Assembly: GCA_002269645.1 (NCBI GenBank)
Contig: NIVC01000491.1
Coordinates: 434,001-498,000, forward strand
Direction: 5' to 3'
Length of the DNA stretch: 64,000 nucleotides
From: Macrostomum lignano
Taxonomy: Eukaryota
The translations under genes were made by a program, and so were the position numbers. Below are positions 37,901 to 48,198 of the stretch, one piece after another. The notes below the pieces were generated by a model. The model saw nothing but the letters and a program-made list of their open reading frames with translations. It ran no database searches and was not told the origin of the DNA. Numbering within the stretch: the first letter of the stretch is position 1; each line of letters begins with the position of its first letter.

Positions 37901-40900
37901 ACAAATACACAGGGCTGCCCATTGAAAGGCAGGAAAACTTATCAGTAGCCATATCATTGCGCAATTATCTATACAGTCAGCCAGTGAGCCAGGGTCCAAG
38001 TGTACACACGCAGCCATTTAGAACGCCCCATCCCCCCACTGGAGAGAAAATACACTACAGAGATAGGGAAAAGTTGTGGCGCAATCACTTGAAATTCATG
38101 CAAATTTTCAGCTCCAAGCAGAAAGAGGGGACAATTAAGATTATCAAAGGTCAAGATTCAAGTTTTCTGCTTTTTTGAGGATCTTAGAAATTAAAATTTC
38201 AGAATTAAAATAGCCTATAGCCGACCTCGGATAATTTCCAATCTTCCCATATAAGTTTCAACGCTGAGTTGGCACTATTCAAGGAGGAGTTGTCGAAATG
38301 ACAGACACACAGACATACAGACAAACAACGCGTGAACTTTAGTATATGTAGATAGAAGAGATAGCCATATCATTGCGCAATTATCTATACAGTCAGCCAG
38401 TAAGCCAGGGTCCAAGTGTACACACGCAGCCACTGAGAACGCTCCCACCCCCCACTGGAAAGAAAATACACTACAGAGATAGGGAAAAGTTGTGGCGCAA
38501 TCACTAAAAATTCGTGCATTTTTTCAGCTCCAAGCAGAAAGAGGGGACAAATAAGATTATCAAAGGTCAAAACCGCCGTTTTCTGCTTTTTTAGGGATCT
38601 TAAAATGTAAAAATGAAAGATTAAAATAGCCTAAAGCCATCCTCGGAAAATTTGCAGTTTTCCAATATAAGTTTCAACGCTGAGTTGCAAGTATTCTAGG
38701 AGGAGTTATGCAACAGACAAACAAACACACAAACATCGCACCAACTTTAGTATATACGAGAGTGGAACTCCTCCTTCGGAGGAGAAAGGGGAAGAACTCC
38801 CATCACCGGAATTCCATTCCCTGAAATATCCATCAACTGAAATTCCATGTCTTGAACCCTATCTTCCAAATCGTCTCCAAATTCTTTACAAAACCTTTCA
38901 AAGACCATAGCTCAAAGACTCTCACGTCTCTCATATCTACTCTCTCCACTCTGTGCTATTATCGTGACTCTCTTCTCTCTCCTCTCTCTCATCTCATCTC
39001 TACCCGTACTCCCTTATTTATGTTTTCTCCCTCGTCTTTCGTCTGTACCCTCTCCTGTCTCTTGTCTCCTCTCTTCTCTCATATCTCTCCTCTTCACTTC
39101 TGTCTCCTGTCTTCTCTCTTCTCTCTTATCTCTCCCTCTTCTCTCCTCTTTTATATGTCATCCCTATTCACTTATCTATCGTCTCTCTTAACCCTCTCTC
39201 TCTTCTCTTTTCTTTCCTCTCTGCTCTCATTTCTCATATCTCATATACGCTCTCACACTCCACTTACTTGTCTCCAATCTTTCTTTCCTCCTTTCCACTT
39301 TTCCCTGTCTCTTCTCTTCTCTCTTTTCTATCCTCTCCATTCTCTCTTTTCTCCTCCCCTTGCTCCTTTTATCTTCTCCCCTCTCTTCTCTAATCTCTTC
39401 TCTCTTCTCTCTTATGTTCTCACTCATCTCTTATCATCGCATCTCTCATCTCTCCTCTCCTCACTACTTTCCTCTCTTAACTCTCTTATCTATTTCATCT
39501 CTCTCCTCTCTCCTCTTTCTCTTCTCCTCTCGCTTCTTCTCTCGCTTCTCTCTCCTATCTCTCCTCTCATCTCTACTACCGTATTTATATCTTCTAACTG
39601 GTCCTTCGTCTCTACTCTCTCCTTTCTCCTTTCTCCCCTCTTTTCTCCTTTCTTGTCTCTCCTGTCTCCTCTCCTCTCTCATCCCTCATCCTCTCATCTC
39701 ACTCTTTCTTTCTCCTCTACTCTCCCCTCTCTTCTATTTTCTCTGTACGCTCTTATCCCTAATCTATTTTCTCTCCTCTCTCCTCTTTTCTTCTCTCTCC
39801 CTCTTCGTTCCCGCCTAAATCCCCTCTTCTCTCCAATCTGTCATGTCTAATATCTCCACTTATTTCTACTCTGTTTTCTATCATCTCATCTCTCTTCTGC
39901 TTTCATTCTTCTCTTTACTCTTTTCTCTGACTGATTGAAGATGCCAAATCCATCAAGATCCTCTCCGCGAAGCAGAAATCCTGTCCGTGCAACTGAAAAC
40001 CATCGAAATCCTCTCCGTGAAACTGGACTCCTTCGAAATCCTTTCCGTGAAACTGAAAACCATCGAAATTCTCTCTTTTAAACTGGACTCAATCGAAATT
40101 TTCTCCGTCAAAAAAATAAATATCAGGATTCATTGGTTAGGGTTATTGTTAGGGTTAGGGTTACGGTTAAAGCTACACACAGCTGCGTGTTCAAATAAAA
40201 AATTGAACCAATTGAATCAATTGATTGCGCAACCGATTTCTCAGTCAGTCAGTATCAGTCTCAGTTAAAGTTAACAAAAACATTGCGCAATCTAAATCAA
40301 CCCTCCAATACACAGCAGCAGTGAGAAGTTGAACTCTCCCCCCAACTTTATCTATTACGTCTCGCAAAACTGAGTACAATTTTTGCAGAAAGTTAAAAGT
40401 ATGGAAATAGTTTTTTTCAATGCTGTGCTTTTTCTTTTCATATTTAAAGCAAACAATTTATATCCCTGAAATCAGCTTTGCAAGTTCTTTCTAGCAATAT
40501 TAATTTTTTCTTTCGAAGTTAAAAACTCGAGCAACAGTTTGCGTTTGAAACTTTCTGATTTAATGCATTGAAATATCAATTGTACGTTCACTGCCTGCTA
40601 AAGAGGCCCGCAAGTTTATGCATTGAATTTCAAGGTTCAACAAAACACAGGGCTGCCTATTGAAAATTAGAACACAAATCTTTGCGCAATTGTCTATAAA
40701 GTCAGCCGGTGAGCCAGGGTCCGATTGTACACATGCAGCCATTTAGAACGCCCCATCCCCCCACTGGAGAGAAAATACACTGCAGAGATAGGGAAAAGTT
40801 GTGGCGCAATCACTTGAAATTCATGCAAATTTTCAGCTCCAAGCAGAAAGAGGGGACAATTAAGATTATCAAAGGTCAAGACCGCCGTTTTCTGCTTTTT

Positions 40901-43900
40901 TGAGGATCTTAGAAATTAAAATTTCAGAATTAAAATAGCCTATAGCCGACCTCGGATAATTTCCAATCTTCCCATATAAGTTTCAACGCTGAGTTGGCAC
41001 TATTCAAGGAGGAGTTGTCGAAATGACAGACAGACAGACAGACAAACAACACGTCAACTTTAGTATATACGAGGCCAACTCCTCCTTCGGAGAAGAAAGG
41101 GGAAGAACTCCAATCAGCGGAATTCCATTCCCTGAACTCCATAAGCGGAATCCCATTTTCCAACACCTCTCCGCGCAACAGAAATCGTCTCCGTGAAACT
41201 GAACACTATCGAAATCCTCTCCGTGAAACTGAACACCATCGAAATATTCTCCGCGAAATAGAAATCCTCTCCGTGAAACTGGACTAAATCGAAATTTCTA
41301 CGTCAAATAGCCCAGCTCTCAGAATTCATTGGTTAGGGTTAGGGTTAGGGTTGACAGCTGCGTGTTGAAAGGCGCCGTAAAAACATTGAACCAATTAAAT
41401 TGCGCAACTTATTTCTCAGGCAGTCAGTATCAGCCTCAGTTAAAGTTAACAAAAAGATTGCGCAATCTAAATCAACCCTCAAATACACAGCAACCGACCC
41501 CCCTTCCAATACGCAGTGCAGCTAGAAATTGAACCCCCCCCACCAACTATTGGGGGGTCGGTCGAACTCCCATTGAACTCCAAAATGAGCACAATCTTTG
41601 CAGAAAGCTAAAAGTATGAAAATCTTTTCTTGAATGCTGTGAATTTAATTTTCATATTTAAAGCAAAAAACTTATATCCCCGAACTCATTGCAGCAAGAT
41701 CTTTCCAGCAATATAAGTCTCTCCTCTCTAAGTTCAAAACTCGAGCAACAGTTAGTGTTTGAAACTTTCTGATTTTAAGCATTGAAATATCGAGTGTACG
41801 TTCACTGCCTGCTAAAGATGCTCGCAAGTTTATGCATTAAAATGCACTGAATTTCACTGTGCAAAAAATACACAGGGCTTCCTGTTAAAAAACAGAACAC
41901 AAATAGTTGCGCAATTGTCTATAAAGTCAGTCAGTGAGCCAGGGTTCAAGTGTACACACGCAGCCACTGAGAACGCGACCATCCCCCCACTTGAGAGAAA
42001 ATACACTGCCAAGATAGAAAAATTTTATGGCGCAATCACTAAAATTGATGCAAATTTTCAGCTCCAAGCAGAAAGAGGGGACAATTAAGATTATCAAAGG
42101 TCAAGACCGCCATTTTCTGCTTTTTTAGGGATCTTAAAAATTGAAAATGAAAGATTAAAATAGCCTAAAGCCATCCTCGGAAAATTTGCAGTTTTCCCAT
42201 ATAAGTTTCAACGCTGACTTGCAAGTATTCTAGGAGGAGTTATCCAACAAACACACACACACACAGACAAACAACGCACCAACTTTAGTATTAAGATATT
42301 CTAGGAGGAGTTATCCAACAAACACACACACACACAGACAAACAACGCACCAACTTTAGTATTAAGATAGAAGATAGATAGATAGAGAAGAAGACATCTA
42401 GATCTATAGGGTAGCTAACATCTAGATCTATAGGGTAGCTAACATCTAGATCTATAGGGTAGCTAACATCTAGATTTATAATGTTAACATCTAGATCTAT
42501 AGGGTATCTAACATCTAGATCTATAAGGTATCTAACATCTGGGTCTATAGGGTATCTAACATCTAGATCTATAGTGTATCTTACATATAGATCTATAGGG
42601 TATCTAACATCTAGATCTATAGGGTAGCTAACATCTAGATCTAAAGTTTAACATCTAGATCTATAAGGTATCTGATATCTAGATCTATCTAACATCTGGA
42701 TCTATAGGGTATCTAACATCTAGATCTATAGGGTATCTGATATCTAGATCTATAGGGTATCTAACATCTAGATCTATAGTGTATCTAACATCTAGATCTA
42801 CAGGTTATCTAACGTCAAGATCTACAGTTTATCTAAGGTGTAAGATCTAAAGGTTGTCTAACATCTAGATCTTAGGATATCTAACATCTAAATTCAGTGA
42901 ATCTGAGACAGATCTAAATGCAGGATATTTGAGGCAAATCTATATTTATTCTGTAGGATTTCTACCTTTAGACTAATCAAAAAGATCACTTGACATTTTT
43001 GGGATTATAATCCCAAAATCAAAGTGCTTACTAAAATAGAATACAACAATCAACTCTTAAGAATACCCATCCCCTTTTTACAAACCTCTTGCGCCCGTTC
43101 AAGCGCTTTCTCAGCCTCGTCTCGCTTCTCCTGACGCTTAGCCAACTCGCCAGATTTCATCTGAGGCGGCGCGCCATCGAATATATAAACAGGTTTAAGG
43201 CCATTGTCAATCATACGCATAGTTCGATAGAACATGCCCAAAAGGTGAGATGTAGTTTCACCATCGGCGTTAGTCAAATTGCCGCCGTCCTGGCGAACAG
43301 CGGTTAGAAACTGATAGAGGCACATGCTGGCATCAATCGCTACCTTTCGGCCTTGGTGCAAAAAGTGTAAGGAAAGTCTATTAAGCTCATTTTTTGCGGC
43401 CTTCTGTAGCCTACTAACAGTAGACATGTTTGGATTTGCCCGATGAAAATGGCACCAAAAGGAAAGAAGTGACTCTAGAAAACTTGATCAAGATGTCCCG
43501 GTACAAGTTTTATTGTCTGCAACTCTTTGGCTTATACTTTATCTATCTAGTATCTGAATTGAATTGAACTTAATTCTTATATATCTAATCTAACTAATTC
43601 CAATTACTAATACTTAACTAACATTACATTTGTGCAATTTAATAACTTTACTGTGTACAGTGTACATAAAGTCCATTGAATTTGCATTTTGAAAAAAACA
43701 AAGTAATGATAACCTAAAAATATTTTTGCAACTTTAGGTTGAATGGCTCAAAGGTCCCAAAGTTAAGTAACTTTACTTAATAACACTTTAAATATGATAT
43801 TAAATTTTGCAATTTTTCAAAAGTTGTATTTCTTTTATGTTTCCATAATTTTGTTTTGGTTTTTTTATTGTTTCATATTTGGAAGCACATTCGGAAATTC

Positions 43901-46900
43901 AGAAAATAAAATTTCTAAATCCAAAACATTCAGATTTCTAAAAAAGTGAGACGTTTTTAGACTATTTGGATCTATCACTAATCCTTATCACTAAGGGCCT
44001 TATCAAAAAAGGTCCTCACCACCCATGGCCCCATCTGCTCAGTATGATACCCCTGTAGTATACATGATGGCACCCCCACTCTCATGATTAAAATTTGCAT
44101 TTCCTCATTTGATATTTCTAAATCCACCTTTTGCTTGAGTTGCTATAGAATCACTGAGTTGCATCTAAAGTGCATCTACATCACAGTCATCACTTAATGA
44201 ATTATAATTGCATTTTGCCTCTATAATAGAGTAGACTCTATTTAGTCTACTTGAGTTAGTAGAAACTTAAGCACTAACATGACTCTTGAAAGACTTGTTT
44301 ACATACATGCGAAACCTCCAAAATTCGGTCGGCCGTGCGACTTAGTTTTAACAAAAATGCGACGTAGTTTTTGGCCAAAATTGCGACTTACATGTAAAAA
44401 AAACCCTAAAGCAAAATTAACGCAATTTTGGGTAAACGGCAGGAGTAACTATGACTGTCTTATTAAGCCAAAATGCCTCGTCAGCTACTTAGTACTACTA
44501 CTTGGGTGTTTTTTCGGGTGGGCATTTTTGCGACTTCCTTGGTTGGCCGCCAAATCGGTCGGCCGGATCGGCCGACTCGGCCGACTGTTGCGCATGTATG
44601 CTTGTTTATAACTCTTACAATTCTGCAACTCACAGGAATTGCCTCTCTGGCACATTGAACCTGAGCAACTTTTTTTGTAACACAGTGGTCTCTAGGACAT
44701 ATCATTTTAATGTAACTTTAAATGTATAAAAATTGCTTTAAAACTTCTAACAGTGAAATTTAATTATGAATTCTAGATAAACTATATATAATTGTTTATT
44801 GTTTGTACACCAGGTTTGTGTGCCAATAGAAAAAATTATCATTTGAAACAATGTATCTATCATATCATATATACCAAGATATATCCTGATATATGCTGAA
44901 AAATGATAAGACCCTTATTGTATACTAGGAAATCCTAGTATACACATTGCCTTCTGAACTATAGAAAATGAGAAATGAGAATGAGAAATTAAAGGATTAG
45001 AAAAAGAGAACCACAACAACTTAATAGCTTAGTAATAGAACTGTTCTGAAAAGAGAAATTAGCCCTAGAACAACTTGATAGTAGTAATTAGTGTTCCGCC
45101 GTAATTACGGCTACGGCTACGGCAAATTACGGCTACGACACTTTTGAAGCCGTATTTTCATTACGGATTACGGTTACAGACATATTTTGAGCTTACGGTT
45201 ACGGTTACGGATTACGGAGATTTTTCTAGACTTGCCGTAATTGGTAGCCGTAACAAAAATTATTTATTTTTAACTGTTTAGTGTTATAAAAGAATTTTTT
45301 TATATCAACTTCAACCAGTTTTCATTTTGTTTTACTAGTTATTATTATTTTTTTACATTTGTTAAGTTTCTAAATATCTACGAAACTTCTTGAAAATGAA
45401 AAACGAATTTTTTTCACGAATTTTCTCATTAGGCATACGGCATAGCATAGCATAGCGATAGCATGATAGCAGCAAGACAGAGAGAGCCAGTCAAAGCCTA
45501 CAAGAGACTAAGAATCTGGCATTCTTATTTCTTAGCCATATGTAGCATTTAGCTCCTTAGCATAAAAATAGGATATTAGATTTAGATTATGAGGATAAGG
45601 ATGAAAGAATATTAATAAGGGAATACTAAATAAATACTAATAGGATAAGAATATGAATTATGATTGAAAATTGATTGAAACCAAAGAAGACAATACAATA
45701 GACAATGCAATAAAATGAAAATGAAAAAATGTAACATGCAATTTCTTAGTCATCGGAAATTTTGAAGCAGTTTTATTTGAACAAATTCATATATTTATTT
45801 AATGATATTAAACATACACATTGACCTTGGCACGTCAGTCATATATTCATATTGTAGCGAAACAAAACAGAATCACGACACAGAAAACTGAAAAAGGCAC
45901 CAAGCACACAATTGCATACAACAATGCTATAGAATACTTCAATAAAGATATTATATTTACGAAAAAAATAAATGAATATTAATGCATGAACGAACAACAA
46001 ATAGGTTTTATTGCTATCCTTTTATCCTTTTTATCTGTCCTTTTCTGTCTGCCCTACTTTTCATGCAAAAATATCAATTTTTGTTATACATTATGGCTAC
46101 GGTTACGGCAAATTACGGTTACGGACTTTTTTAGCCCGTAATGACGGCAAAATTCGGCTACGGAAGTTGCTTCTTTCTTACGGCTACGGTTACGGTTACG
46201 GAGGTCAAAACTCGCGGCGGCGGAACACTAGTAGTAATAGTAGGCTAGGATAGAATTCTTGCTTGGGGGAAGGAAAATGTGCATGCATGTTTTTGGAGCA
46301 GTGTGCAAGTGCACATTCCAACTGTAAAAATAATTAGTCATAATGTGATCATGGCCTATATGCTAAAAATGAAATTTCTAGTTTTTCAATTCTAGGCTGA
46401 CATAAATTAAAAAATTGTACTCCAAGTGTAAAGTAGCTTAAATGCTACATTTTTAGAGTATATATTCTTTAAAAATTATAAGAGTTTCACTAAACTTTAA
46501 AGTAACTATTTTTGCTAAAAACTATTATTCTTTGTTTTATTTATGTTTTATAATTTTCTAGCATAAAAACAATATTCCAGACTATGAAAAGTAGGAGAAC
46601 TTGAGTATGCATATGCCACATAACAATGTTATATGCATGTAAAAGTCAAATCCTATCTGTTATTCTGCAGCAAACAGCTTTTTGCACAAGCGCATATAAT
46701 CAAGTGGCAAGCGTATTTGTACGCGCAAGTGCGTACAAATTTGACAAGCACACACAAATGCGTAACAACTTTTGTGCAAGAATTCCATCCTGGGTAATAG
46801 GATCTTATTTTTAGTAAAGCAAAGACAAACCATAGAACAATATAGTGGCATTAGTAAAATAGTATCAGAATACAAAAATCCCTATAATAGCAACATTTTG

Positions 46901-47823
46901 ATAGGTTTAATATAAAGTTATAGTTACTAAAAATAGCATAACATAATACTATAGCATCTAGCTTTAAAAAACTTGATGGCCAATTAAGCATAGGATCCAA
47001 AATTAGGATGTCAAAACTAGACATAGATGCATAGGCCTAACCAAACTTTACAATGGCTAATATATAAGTTTCCTCTAAAAAAAAATTATATATTATATAT
47101 TTTAGGTTAAGTATATGAGTATAAGCTATATGAGTTGAGTACATAGTAATGTATATATATCTAGAGCACCTTTTAGCAACATGTTTTGCTCTGCATACAA
47201 TTTAACTTTCTTTTCTTCTTAATCTTAGTCACTAGTGTAATTTATGCTTCTAAATTTGTCTATTGATTAATTAAAAAAGTTTTTTTTTCTTTTTTTTCCT
47301 ATTTTATTTATTTAATTTTTCAATGTGTTTTGCTTATGTACCCCTGGAAATATTTTGTGGTAATGGCTCTATAATATACCACCTACCTTGAGCACACTGA
47401 CTATAAACTAATAAACCAACCATCTAGTCTAGATAAGGGGGTTGCCCCGCCTCCCCTTAGGCGGAGACCAGAAAAAAATCAAAGGGAAGACCAAGCGATT
47501 TTGCGCCAAAATACAAAGCCACACCCTCTGCCACCCCTTGCCCTCTGGGTCTTTACCCTCCAGAATCCACCCCCTCAACAAATTTCTGGTTGCACTAGGC
47601 CTACTGGTGTAAGTCCATCATATACTTAACCTAAAAAACATAAAACACGTCGTTTGTATTAATTATACAGCTAAGACTAAGAGTGCATGGAACTATGCCT
47701 GCATGTTTTAAGAAAGCATTGAAAGAACATGGTTTACCTACCAAAATAATTCTTCAGATCGCCCTCCTTTACACAGGATGGAGCAGAATCGCAAAGAACT
47801 TTACTGAGCTGCTTGATTCCCAT
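19549..47823 (-). CDS. FEN1: Flap endonuclease 1, complete; join(47742..47823, 43086..43351, 22298..22756, 19549..19908), 388 aa; introns 4390, 20329 and 2389 bp
   Basis: [36 protein letters not shown] (XPG-N), [23 protein letters not shown] (XPG-I), LGCDY (H3TH), PIP box QGRIDSFF and a basic tail. All introns are GT-AG with compatible phases (1,0,0). Confidence 0.97.
19999..20835. repeat. 25-27 bp minisatellite (GGAGTTCGAGTCTTAGGAGAGGTTC)n in FEN1 intron 3
   Basis: Period 25 (GGAGTTCG at 20583 and 20608). Confidence 0.95.
21410..22282. repeat. ~37-bp minisatellite (GAATCTCTAAAAGCGATGGAACAAAGACACACTTCGA)n in FEN1 intron 3
   Basis: Period 37 (21416, 21453); the array begins ~15 bp from the exon 3 donor. 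Confidence 0.95.
22298..22756 (-). CDS. FEN1: FEN1 exon 3
   Basis: CCAG|GTA acceptor and CAA|GTGAGT donor; 153 codons containing the XPG-I and H3TH motifs. Confidence 0.96.
22800..23284. repeat. 24-bp minisatellite (CTAACATCTAGATCTATAGGGTAG)n, left half of a split array
   Basis: Same unit and same orientation as 42395-42890. Confidence 0.96.
23560..23850. repeat. Diverged GATAGCAAGCATCC-based tandem repeat inside element B
   Basis: The motif recurs about 10 times with variable spacing. Confidence 0.75.
23975..27630. repeat. 24-bp satellite (ATCAAGTGCAATAATCCTTGGTTT)n with ~1.6-kb higher-order duplication
   Basis: About 150 copies; identical variant blocks are offset by 1624-1648 bp (25069/26693, 25699/27347). 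Confidence 0.96.
27703..27761 (-). pseudogene. tRNA-like (Ser-GCT-like) remnant or SINE head
   Basis: The - strand reads GAGCTAGCCTAGAGCTGAACAGACCAGACTGCTAATGCAGCGACCTAGGTTCGAATCT, with an A-box-like TAGCCTAGAG, an anticodon loop CTGCTAA and a B-box GGTTCGAATC. The acceptor stem is not intact. Confidence 0.35.
28309..42394 (-). mobile_element. Head-to-tail array of Helitron-like element A (five ~2.3-2.8 kb units, one partial and one 1.3-kb unit)
   Basis: The hairpin CTCCTCC-TTC-GGAGGAG occurs at 28316, 31089, 33445, 35933, 38768 and 41079. Each unit has a CT-rich tract (absent in the last), a 30-bp internal minisatellite, (TTAGGG)n, and an (ACAG/AC)n microsatellite followed by ACTTTAGTAT at its right end (the 5' end on the - strand). 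Confidence 0.85.
30121..30144 (+). repeat. Telomere-like (TTAGGG)n tract in element A; also at 32491, 34969, 37411, 40135 (degenerate) and 41331
   Basis: GGTTAGGGTTAGGGTTAGGGTTAG sits at the same position in each unit. Confidence 0.95.
42395..42890. repeat. 24-bp minisatellite (CTAACATCTAGATCTATAGGGTAG)n, right half of the split array
   Basis: Same unit as 22800-23284, decaying toward the exon 2 donor. Confidence 0.95.
43086..43351 (-). CDS. FEN1: FEN1 exon 2
   Basis: CCAAG|GC CGA AAG acceptor and GAG|GTTTGT donor; encodes [14 protein letters not shown]...FDGAPP... Confidence 0.95.
44302..44600. mobile_element. hAT-type MITE (299 bp), TIR CATACATGCG(A/C)AAC, 8-bp TSD CTTGTTTA
   Basis: TIR matches at 13/14 positions; perfect TSD at 44294-44301 and 44601-44608; internal TGCGAC(T/G) and TCGGTCGGCCG motifs are repeated. 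Confidence 0.9.
44430..44493 (+). pseudogene. Degenerate 28S rRNA fragment (H69-H71 region, R2/I-PpoI target) inside the MITE
   Basis: GGGTAAACGGCAGGAGTAACTATGACTGTCTTATTAAGCCAAAATGCCTCGTCAGCTACTTAGT versus conserved eukaryotic 28S GGGTAAACGGCGGGAGTAACTATGACTCTCTTAAGGTAGCCAAATGCCTCGTCATCTAATTAGT; about 56 of 64 positions match by hand alignment. Confidence 0.9.
45089..46230. mobile_element. Non-autonomous hAT (Ac-like) element, 1142 bp; TIR TAGTGTTCCGCC, 8-bp TSD GTAGTAAT
   Basis: Perfect 12-bp TIR and perfect TSD (45081-45088, 46231-46238); clustered subterminal TACGG motifs at both ends; AT-rich non-coding interior. Confidence 0.92.
47742..47823 (-). CDS. FEN1: FEN1 exon 1 (too short for the ORF track)
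   Basis: ATG GGA ATC AAG CAG CTC ... AAT TAT TTT G|GTAGGT gives [28 protein letters not shown], the canonical FEN1 N-terminus. Confidence 0.95.
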
Positions 47824-47889
47824 AGTACACTTCGATGTAGATAAATTACGAAAAGCTTCAGAATGTGATGTTCTAAATAGACAAATTAT

Positions 47890-48076
47890 CGCGAAAGCTC
47901 TATTCATGCATCAACTACTCGTCAATGGCGTCGATCGAATTTATAAACGGCGGCCACGTGAAATTTAAACTTTCTGATCAAACATCTTAACAAATTTCTA
48001 AATAAAAATTTACTATTTTACGTGCTAATGTTAAAAATTTTGGCTCAAGTTTTTGTTATTTATCAATGGCGGGAAA
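47890..48076 (-). promoter_or_regulatory. Candidate FEN1 promoter with E2F-type sites
   Basis: TTTCCCGC on the - strand at 48069-48076, TTTCGCG at 47890-47896 and CACGTG at ~47955, all upstream of an S-phase gene. These are short motifs and could occur by chance. Confidence 0.35.
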
Positions 48077-48198
48077 CAATATTTCATTTATCCTCTTTTC
48101 CACCGTATAATAAAAGTACTTGCAATTCGTAACGAAACAATTGGTGTTGCATTGCAATTGCATTGATCTTAGTCCTTAAAGCATTTGAGTAGCGCAAG

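Larger units (their letters stand above)
23285..42394 (-). mobile_element. Composite non-autonomous Helitron-like insertion (19,110 bp) in FEN1 intron 2
   Basis: On the - strand it starts TC (42394-42393) and ends with a GC hairpin (~23298-23317) followed by CTAG (23288-23285). There is no TSD. Joining the flanks restores GTGTTAACATCTA, the array variant also present at 23161. No Rep/Helicase ORF is visible. Confidence 0.8.

Noticed and set aside
28395-39850. Ser/Leu-rich 300-400 aa ORFs as membrane proteins or a Helitron Rep/Hel gene
   Set aside because: They are translations of CT-rich tracts; no HUH or helicase motifs occur anywhere in the insertion.
30121-41352. Ancient chromosome fusion or true telomere
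   Set aside because: The tracts are only 3-5 repeats, all in one orientation, and part of a repeated element unit.
43352-43427. ORF-track start MSTVSRLQ... as the FEN1 N-terminus
   Set aside because: Not FEN1-like. The canonical MGI..L.K N-terminus is encoded at 47742-47823 and splices in phase to 43351.
44430-44493. Functional rRNA gene
   Set aside because: Only 64 bp, with non-compensated stem changes and no flanking rDNA.
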